Notes under the pieces: model-generated | Databases searched by the model: none | What the model was told of the DNA's origin: nothing | Seen by the model: only the letters and a program-made list of their open reading frames with translations | Part shown: piece after piece, positions 26,249-32,000 of the stretch | Position numbering within the stretch: position 1 is the stretch's first letter | How the letters are laid out: each line of letters opens with the position of its first letter | Origin: Rhodobacter capsulatus SB 1003 | Lineage (GTDB): Bacteria; Pseudomonadota; Alphaproteobacteria; Rhodobacterales; Rhodobacteraceae | Assembly: GCF_000021865.1 (NCBI RefSeq) | Contig: NC_014034.1 | Span: 3,690,001 to 3,722,000, forward strand | DNA length: 32,000 nucleotides | Direction of reading: 5' to 3' | Position numbers and translations under genes: made by a program

Positions 26249-27330
26249 GCCTTGGCCCCCTTCTTGCCCGAGCCAAGCATCGCGGGCGCCGCAGCATCCA
26301 GCGGCCAGCGCGGCCGGGCGATCAGATCGGCCGGGCTTGCCAGCCCGAGCCGGAACCGCTCGATCCCCGCCCAGGCGATCATCGCCGCATTGTCGGTGCA
26401 AAGCCGCAGCGGCGGCGCGGTGAAACGCACCCCCTGCCCGGCGCAAAGCTGTTCCAGCGCCGCGCGAATCGCCTTGTTCGCCGCCACCCCCCCGGCCACG
26501 GCCAAGGCGGGTTCCGCGGGCGCGGTTTCCAGATAAACCGCCAGCGCCCGGCGGGTCTTTTCCGCCAGCACATCGGCAATCGCCTGCTGGAAGCCCGCGC
26601 AAAGATCGGCGCGGGTCTGCCGGTAAAGCCCGCCATGGGCGGCAATTTCCGTATCGCGGGCGCGCAGAAGCGCGGTCTTCAGCCCGGAAAACGACAGATC
26701 GCAGCCGGGCCGGTCCAAGAGCGGACGCGGAAACCGGAACGCCTTCGGATTGCCCTTGGCGGCCTCGGCCTCGACCGCGGGGCCGCCGGGCTGCGGCAGG
26801 CCGAGAAGCTTCGCCGCCTTGTCGAAGGCCTCGCCCGGGGCGTCGTCGATCGTGCCGCCAAGGCGGGAAAAACTGTCCGGCCCGCGCACCAGGAGAAACT
26901 GGCAATGCCCGCCGGAGACCAGCAGCATCAGATAGGGGAACGCAAGCCCGTCGGTCAGCCGCGGCGTCAGCGCATGGCCCGCCAGATGGTTCACCCCCAC
27001 CAGCGGCAACCCGGTCCCGGCGGCAAGCCCACGCGCGCACATCACCCCCGACATCACCCCGCCGATCAGCCCCGGACCCGAGGTCACGGCGATGCCGTCG
27101 AGATCGGAAAGCCGAAGCCCGGCCTCGGCCAGGGCCTCCTCGACGCAGCGATCGAGCTTTTCGGCATGCGCCCGCGCGGCGATCTCGGGCACGACGCCGC
27201 CAAAGGGCGCATGCAGGGCGGTCTGCCCCGCCACGATCGAGGCCAGAACCGTGCCATCCGCACGCACCACCGCTGCGGCCGTGTCGTCGCAGCTCGATTC
27301 AAGGCCAAGGAAGGTCAGGAGTTTCGTCAT
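26245..27330 (-). CDS. tsaD: tRNA N6-threonylcarbamoyladenosine synthesis protein TsaD (361 aa)
   Basis: Internal ATG of the 449-aa track ORF gives [22 protein letters not shown], then [35 protein letters not shown] and GGVAAN motifs. 4-nt overlap with the gpsA start. Confidence 0.95.
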   Translation of the reverse strand: MTKLLTFLGLESSCDDTAAAVVRADGTVLASIVAGQTALHAPFGGVVPEIAARAHAEKLDRCVEEALAEAGLRLSDLDGIAVTSGPGLIGGVMSGVMCARGLAAGTGLPLVGVNHLAGHALTPRLTDGLAFPYLMLLVSGGHCQFLLVRGPDSFSRLGGTIDDAPGEAFDKAAKLLGLPQPGGPAVEAEAAKGNPKAFRFPRPLLDRPGCDLSFSGLKTALLRARDTEIAAHGGLYRQTRADLCAGFQQAIADVLAEKTRRALAVYLETAPAEPALAVAGGVAANKAIRAALEQLCAGQGVRFTAPPLRLCTDNAAMIAWAGIERFRLGLASPADLIARPRWPLDAAAPAMLGSGKKGAKA

Positions 27331-27400
27331 GCCGATGTCGTTGCGCGGGGTCCTTCCTGCAGGTAACACCGGCTCAGGCATCGCACAACCCGAGGCGCCG

Positions 27401-28099
27401 ATGAGCCCTGTTTCCCGACCGCCGCTTTTGCTGACCCGTCCCCGCGCCGGGTCCGAGCGTTTCGCCGCGCAGTTCCGCGCCCGGATGGGGGCGGATTGGC
27501 CCGTGGTGATCGCGCCGCTGCTGGAAACCGCACCGACCGGGGCGGATCTGCCCGCGGCAAATGCGCTCATCTTCACCTCGGAACAGGCGGTCAAACCGCT
27601 GGCCGAAAGCGCCCTTTCGGGCCGTCCGGCCTTTTGCGTCGGCGAGCGGACGGCGGCGGTGGTGCGGCGGGCGGGTTTCCCGGTGCTGGCCGTCGCCCCC
27701 GATGCCGAGCATCTGTTCGAAGTGATCCTGTCCGCCGCCGATCCGGGGCCGATCCTGCATGCCCGCGGCAGCGAAAGCGCCTTTCCCCTGGCCGAGCGGC
27801 TTGGTGCCGCCGGGCGGCAGGTCGGCGAAGCGATCGTTTACGCGCAGCTGCCCCAGCCCCCCGCGCCCGAGATGCTGTCGCTGTTCGCGCAGCCCGGTCC
27901 GGTTCTGGTGCCGATCTTTTCGCCCAACAGCGGCCGGTTGCTGGCCGAAGCCGCACAAGGCGCCCGGGCCGAATTGCGGCTGGTGGCGATTTCCGAAAAG
28001 GCGGCGCGGGCCTGTGCCGCGCTGCCTGCGACACTGCTGCAGATTGCAGCACGCCCGGATGCCGAGGCGCTGCTGGACGCACTTGTCGCACGGGCCTGA
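27401..28099 (+). CDS. hemD: Probable uroporphyrinogen-III synthase HemD (232 aa)
   Basis: Internal ATG of the 335-aa track ORF gives [25 protein letters not shown]...LIFTSEQAV...FCVGERTA, the weak HemD-family pattern. Supported mainly by context: divergent from tsaD and upstream of the Mic60-like and HemY-like genes. Confidence 0.65.
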   Translation: MSPVSRPPLLLTRPRAGSERFAAQFRARMGADWPVVIAPLLETAPTGADLPAANALIFTSEQAVKPLAESALSGRPAFCVGERTAAVVRRAGFPVLAVAPDAEHLFEVILSAADPGPILHARGSESAFPLAERLGAAGRQVGEAIVYAQLPQPPAPEMLSLFAQPGPVLVPIFSPNSGRLLAEAAQGARAELRLVAISEKAARACAALPATLLQIAARPDAEALLDALVARA

Positions 28100-28190
28100 G
28101 AGCGGTTGAGGTTGAGCAGGCCGAAGCCGCTCAATAGACTGCGGCAAAATGAAGACATCGCGCCGCGTTGCGCGACTTGGAGGAGTGTCC

Positions 28191-29348
28191 ATGGCGAACC
28201 CGGACGAGACGGAGCGTGACAGCACGGCACAGGCCGCTGCGCAAACCCCTGAAATGTCTGAAAAAGACGCAGGCGGACCGGGCGGGGACGTGACGGGCGC
28301 CAAGACCGAGGCCACAGCGCAGCCGGTGCCCGAAAAGGTGTCGAAACCCGCAACCGAATCAGCCCCGGCAAAGCCGAAGCCCGTGCCGCAACCGCCGCGC
28401 GGGGGGATGTCGGTCGTCTGGGGCGGCATCATCGCCGCGGTGATCGGCTCGGTCGGCACGCTGGTCGTGTTGCCGAAACTGCCGCCGGAGCTGCGCGAAA
28501 AGGTGCTGCCGGGCGCGCAAAGCACGGTGGAAAAGGATCTGGCCGCGCAGGCGGCGAAACTTGAGGCCGTGGTGAAGACGATGGCCGAACTGCAGGCGGG
28601 CAATGCCGGCGTCGCGGCGCTGCAGACCGCAGTGGGCGAGCTTTCCGGCAAGGTTCAGGCGCTGGAAGCGCAGGGCGGCACCGCCCCCGCCGCGCCGGTC
28701 GATCTGTCCGGCGTGCAGGGGCAGATCGACGCGCTGAAAGCGATGGTCGAGAAGAGCCCGGCCTTCGCTTCGCAGCAGCAGCTGGAGGTGGCGACCGCCG
28801 AGGCCAAGGCGAAGATCGCCGAGGCCGAGGCCGAAACCGCGAAGATCCGCGCCGCGTCGGAAGCCGCGGCGAAAAAGGCGATCGCCCAGGCGGCCGTGGC
28901 CCGGCTGGCGGCGGCTTTTGACACCGATGCGCCGATCGATGGCGCGCTGGGCGATGTCGCGGCGGCGGGTGTTTCGGTGCCCGAGGCGCTGAAGGGCGAT
29001 CTGCCCTCGATCGCCGCGCTCAAGGCGGCCTTCCCCGAGGGCGCGCGCAAGGCGCTGACCACGGCGCGCAAGGCGACCGCGGGCGAGACGATGACGGACC
29101 GGCTCGGCTCGTTCCTGCTGGCGCAGACCGGGGCCCGGTCGCTGACGGCGAAGGACGGAACCGGCCCGGATGCGGTGCTGTCGCGGGCGCAAACCGCGGT
29201 CGATGCGGCGCAATTCGACGCGGCTCTGACCGAAATCGCGGCCCTGCCCGAAGCGGCGCAGGCCGATCTGCAACCCTGGAAGGACATGGTGGCCAAGCGC
29301 GCGAGCGCGCAGGCCGCCATCGCCGACCTGACGCAATCCGTGCAATGA
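28191..29348 (+). CDS. Alphaproteobacterial Mic60/mitofilin-domain protein (385 aa)
   Basis: ATG at 28191 with GGAGGAG 5 nt upstream. Acidic/Pro-rich N-terminus, one TM (VVWGGIIAAVIGSVGTLVVL), long Ala/Glu/Lys coiled-coil region and a C-terminal mitofilin-like segment (RLGSFLLAQTGARSL...LSRAQTAVDAAQFDAALTEIAALPEAAQADLQPW). Sits between hemD and the hemY-like gene, as described for alphaMic60. Confidence 0.75.
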   Translation: MANPDETERDSTAQAAAQTPEMSEKDAGGPGGDVTGAKTEATAQPVPEKVSKPATESAPAKPKPVPQPPRGGMSVVWGGIIAAVIGSVGTLVVLPKLPPELREKVLPGAQSTVEKDLAAQAAKLEAVVKTMAELQAGNAGVAALQTAVGELSGKVQALEAQGGTAPAAPVDLSGVQGQIDALKAMVEKSPAFASQQQLEVATAEAKAKIAEAEAETAKIRAASEAAAKKAIAQAAVARLAAAFDTDAPIDGALGDVAAAGVSVPEALKGDLPSIAALKAAFPEGARKALTTARKATAGETMTDRLGSFLLAQTGARSLTAKDGTGPDAVLSRAQTAVDAAQFDAALTEIAALPEAAQADLQPWKDMVAKRASAQAAIADLTQSVQ

Positions 29349-29358
29349 GGGGACGGCG

Positions 29359-30801
29359 ATGATCTGGTCTTTCATTAAAATCTCGCTGTTCGTCGCCGTC
29401 GTGGTCGGGCTCGCCTTTGGCGCCGCCTGGCTTTCGGATCTGGGCGAAACCATCCGCATCATCGCCTTCGGGATCGAGCTGAACCTGGGCGCGCTGCAAG
29501 CGGTGATCCTGATCGGGCTTGCCATCCTGACGATCTGGCTGGCGCTGAAAGTGCTGGGCTTCGTCTTCGCCTTCATCCGCTTCGTGACCGGCGATGAAAC
29601 CGCGATCAGCCGCTATTTCGACCGCAACCGCGAGCGCAAGGGCTATGAGGCCCTGGCCGAGGGGATGCTGGCCGTCGCCTCGGGCGAATCGAAGCTGGCG
29701 GCCTCGAAGGCGAGCAAGGCCGAGCGCTACCTGCGCCGTCCCGAGCTGACCAACCTTCTGACCGCGCAGGCGGCAATGATGAACGGCGATACCCGCAAGG
29801 CCGAAGAGGTCTATCGCAAGCTTCTGGCCGATCAGCGCACGCGCTTTGTCGGCGTGCAGGGGCTGTTGTCGCAGAAACTGGCCGAGGGCGACACCGATAC
29901 CGCGGTGAAGCTGGCGCAAAAGGCCTTTGCGCTCAATCCGAAGAACCTCGAGGTGCAGAACACGCTGTTCAAGCTGCAGACCGAGGTCGGCGACTGGAAA
30001 GGCGCGCGCGACGTGCTGCTTGCCAAGATGCGTCAGGGGCAGCTGCCGAAAGACGTGCACAAGCGCCGCGATGCGGTGCTGGCGCTGCAGGAGGCCAAGG
30101 CGGTGCTGGATGGCGGCACCTCGATCGAGGCGCAGGAAGCGGCGATTGCCGCGGCCAAGGCCTCGCCGGACCTGATTCCCGCGGCGGCGATGGCGGCCAA
30201 GGCGCATTACGACAAGGGCGATGCGAAATCGGCAACCCGCGTGCTGCTGAAAGCCTGGGAGGCACAGCCGCATCCGGATCTGGCGGCGGTCTTCGCCTCG
30301 ATGGTGCCGGGCGAATCGGCGACCGAGCGGCTCAAGCGCTTCGAAAAGCTGCTCTCCTTGCGCCCCGATCACGAGGAAACCCGGCTGCTGCGCGCCGAGC
30401 TTTGCATCGCGGCCGAGGATTTCCCGGCGGCGCGGCGGGCGCTGGGCAATCTGGTCGAGGCGAACCCGACCTCGCGCGTGCTGACGCTGATGGCGGCGAT
30501 CGAACGCGGCGAGGGCGAGGATGACGCGGTGGTGCGCGGCTGGCTGGCCAAGGCGCTGACGGCGCCGCGCGGCAAGCAATGGTGCTGCGACAAGTGCCAG
30601 AACATCCAGTCGCAATGGGGCCCGGTCTGCGACAATTGCGGCGGTTTCGACACGCTGAGCTGGCGCGAACCGGCGCATAACAACATGCCCCTGCCCAATG
30701 GCGCCGAGATGCTGCCGCTGATCGTGGCCAAGGGCACGAAAGCCGATGCGGGGGCAACTCTTGAAGGAACCGCCCGCGCTTTGAACGAACGCGAAAAATA
30801 G
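29359..30801 (+). CDS. hemY: HemY-like membrane TPR protein with C-terminal CxxC...CxxC zinc-ribbon (480 aa)
   Basis: HemY_N-type start (MIWSFIKISLFVAVVVGLAFGAAWL...two TMs...SRYFDRNRERKGYEAL), TPR-like helical repeats and a C-terminal WCCDKCQNIQSQWGPVCDNCGGFD. Confidence 0.8.
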   Translation: MIWSFIKISLFVAVVVGLAFGAAWLSDLGETIRIIAFGIELNLGALQAVILIGLAILTIWLALKVLGFVFAFIRFVTGDETAISRYFDRNRERKGYEALAEGMLAVASGESKLAASKASKAERYLRRPELTNLLTAQAAMMNGDTRKAEEVYRKLLADQRTRFVGVQGLLSQKLAEGDTDTAVKLAQKAFALNPKNLEVQNTLFKLQTEVGDWKGARDVLLAKMRQGQLPKDVHKRRDAVLALQEAKAVLDGGTSIEAQEAAIAAAKASPDLIPAAAMAAKAHYDKGDAKSATRVLLKAWEAQPHPDLAAVFASMVPGESATERLKRFEKLLSLRPDHEETRLLRAELCIAAEDFPAARRALGNLVEANPTSRVLTLMAAIERGEGEDDAVVRGWLAKALTAPRGKQWCCDKCQNIQSQWGPVCDNCGGFDTLSWREPAHNNMPLPNGAEMLPLIVAKGTKADAGATLEGTARALNEREK

Positions 30802-30844
30802 GGCTACACATCCCCGCAAGGGCGTGCTAACTGCGCGCCACAGT

Positions 30845-30920
30845 GCCGGTGTAGCTCAGCTGGTAGAGCACGTCATTCGTAATGATGGGGTCGGGGGTTC
30901 GAGTCCCTTCACCGGCACCA
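30845..30920 (+). tRNA. tRNA-Thr (anticodon CGU), 76 nt with encoded CCA
   Basis: Manual cloverleaf. Acceptor GCCGGTG/CACCGGC; D-arm GCTC-AGCTGGTA-GAGC; anticodon arm CGTCA-TTCGTAA-TGATG with U33, anticodon CGT, A37; T-arm GGGGG-TTCGAGT-CCCTT; discriminator A plus CCA. Confidence 0.9.
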
Positions 30921-30930
30921 CTGAACAGGA

Positions 30931-30968
30931 AAGGCTGGCAACCCCGCGGTTGCCAGCCTTTTCGTTTG
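30931..30968 (+). terminator. Intrinsic terminator after tRNA-Thr
   Basis: AAGGCTGGCAAC-CCCGCG-GTTGCCAGCCTT is a 12-bp perfect stem, followed by TTCGTTTG. It lies between the convergent tRNA and fliL paralog 2. Confidence 0.7.
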
Positions 30969-30988
30969 CCCCAGCCTTTTCGTTTGCC
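30953..30988. repeat. Perfect 18-nt tandem duplication (CCAGCCTTTTCGTTTGCC x2)
   Basis: Copy 1 is 30953-30970 and copy 2 is 30971-30988. Copy 1 comprises the 3' arm and T-tail of the terminator. Confidence 0.9.
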
Positions 30989-31003
30989 AAGGCGCGGAAG
31001 GGC

Positions 31004-31558
31004 TCAGTTCGAATCCTGCCGGGCGATGTCCGAGATCAGCACGTTCAGCACCAGATCCCCCAGAACGCTCTGCGAAGCTTCGGTCAGGGCGCGGCGCAGA
31101 TCGGTCATGTTGGCCGTGTCGGTGAAGGAGCCCTCGAACCCGCCCGCATTGGCGTGATCGAACAGAACCTGCAGCAGAACATCGCGCAGCTTCGGCTCCG
31201 CGGCATAGACCTTTTCGGTGCTGCCCACCGTCACCTCAAGGCTGAGCGACAGCACGACCAGCGAGGCAACCGCGCCCTTCTTGATCACCGGAATGACGAA
31301 CTGGTTGTTCAGCTTCACATATTCGATGGTCGGAACGGCCTCTTCGCCCTCGGCATGCTCGCCCTCGGCCGCGGCATGGTCCCCGGCGGCCTTCTCGGGC
31401 GCGGGTTTCGCCGGGGCCGGGGCCGCTTCGCCCTCGGCACCGGCTTCGGCAGCGACTTCCTCGGGCGGCGGTGGCGGCGGGCGCAGGAAATACCCCGCCG
31501 CCCCGCCTCCGGCGAGACCGATCACGGCAAGCAGAACGGGAAGAATGATCTTCAGCAT
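31004..31558 (-). CDS. fliL: Flagellar basal-body-associated protein FliL (paralog 2, 184 aa)
   Basis: Internal ATG of the 232-aa track ORF gives MLKIILPVLLAVIGLAGGGAAGYFL (TM), a PPPPPP plus acidic/His-containing linker, then a FliL domain (IEYVKLNNQFVIPVIKKGAVASLVVLSLSLEV...KLRDVLLQVLFDHA). Starts 7 nt after the flgH stop. Confidence 0.85.
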   Translation of the reverse strand: MLKIILPVLLAVIGLAGGGAAGYFLRPPPPPPEEVAAEAGAEGEAAPAPAKPAPEKAAGDHAAAEGEHAEGEEAVPTIEYVKLNNQFVIPVIKKGAVASLVVLSLSLEVTVGSTEKVYAAEPKLRDVLLQVLFDHANAGGFEGSFTDTANMTDLRRALTEASQSVLGDLVLNVLISDIARQDSN

Positions 31559-31565
31559 GGCACCC

Positions 31566-32000
31566 TCAGAACGGAAGAAGGATATCGGAGACCTGCTGGC
31601 CGTAGCGCGGCTGCTGCACGTCGGTGATCTGGCCGCGGCCGCCATAGGAAATCCGCGCCCCGGCAATCTTGTCGTAGGTGATCTCGTTCTGCCGGCTGAC
31701 ATCCTCGGGCCGCACGAAGCCGGTGACGATCAGTTCGCGCACTTCGAAATTGACCCGGACTTCCTGGCTGCCCTGGATCCGCAGCACGCCGTTCGGCAGC
31801 CGGTCCAGCACCGTCGCCGCCACCCGCAGCGTCAGCTTTTCCTTGCGCGCCACCGAGCCGTCGCCCTTGTAGGAGGAAGACGAGCCGGTTTCAAAGGCAT
31901 CGGCCATGGTGGCGCCTTCGGGCAATTGCGCATCCAGCCGCTGCGGGATGCCGAACATCGACGGAATCCCCATCTTGTCCGAGCTTTTCCGCGACCGGCC
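31566..32000 (-). CDS. flgH: Flagellar L-ring protein FlgH, C-terminal part (gene starts beyond the right edge)
   Basis: SMFGIPQRL...FETGSSSSYKGDGSVARKEKLTLRVAATVLDRLPNGVLRIQGSQEVRVNFEVRELIVTGFVRPEDVSRQNEITYDKIAGARISYGGRG is the canonical FlgH core. The frame stays open upstream of the track's ATG (31973) to position 32000. Confidence 0.9.
   Translation of the reverse strand, partial: GRSRKSSDKMGIPSMFGIPQRLDAQLPEGATMADAFETGSSSSYKGDGSVARKEKLTLRVAATVLDRLPNGVLRIQGSQEVRVNFEVRELIVTGFVRPEDVSRQNEITYDKIAGARISYGGRGQITDVQQPRYGQQVSDILLPF

Noticed and set aside
30845-31003. tRNA-Thr as an integration site for a genomic island.
   Set aside because: There is no integrase. I noticed no second copy of the tRNA 3' end in the window. 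The genes on both sides are core functions (hemY-like, flagellar). The only repeat is the local 18-nt terminator duplication.
1-32000. Search for CRISPR arrays, IS elements or transposases, prophage genes, toxin-antitoxin pairs, restriction-modification or other defence systems.
   Set aside because: None found. Every gap larger than about 130 bp is accounted for except 24314-24602. No direct-repeat/spacer structure or terminal inverted repeats were seen. All long real ORFs have housekeeping, flagellar, phosphate or tetrapyrrole identities.

Overview
This is a GC-rich chromosomal window with strong third-position G/C bias. Gene content and order look alphaproteobacterial, Rhodobacterales-like (Rhodobacter/Paracoccus type); that assignment is from memory of protein families, since no search was possible. 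I support 34 protein-coding genes (two running off the window edges) and one tRNA, densely packed, many with 1-4 nt start/stop overlaps.

Layout:
- Left flagellar block (1-5814): fliF on the minus strand, then fliL, a small TM/coiled-coil protein, a MotE-like protein, motA and a 749-aa secreted protein on the plus strand.
- Orphan HemS/ChuS-like heme protein (5942-6841).
- rph-rdgB-ridA-hemW operon, divergent from hrcA-grpE.
- mutS, maeB, rbsK.
- Complete phosphate locus pstSCAB-phoU-phoB, with tandem Pho boxes upstream of pstS.
- CbiX-like chelatase, then the tsaD-gpsA-yciI-EVE operon.
- hemD, an alphaproteobacterial Mic60 (mitofilin) homolog and a HemY-like protein.
- tRNA-Thr(CGU).
- Second flagellar block: fliL paralog and flgH.

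I found no transposase, integrase, CRISPR array, toxin-antitoxin or recognisable defence genes, so this reads as core genome rather than an accessory island. Most long ORFs in the supplied track are antisense or out-of-frame artefacts of the GC bias.

The least-explained parts are:
- The 749-aa signal-peptide protein translationally coupled to motA, with no motB in the window.
- The 289-bp intergenic region 24314-24602, the only sizeable gap. It carries a strong plus-strand intrinsic terminator with no plus-strand gene to terminate, a 47-codon basic ORF ending 1 nt before it, and a repeated CACGTGKGGTG motif.
- The small conserved-looking membrane protein between fliL and the motE-like gene.

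All start codons and family assignments come from reading translations by eye. None has been checked against a database.
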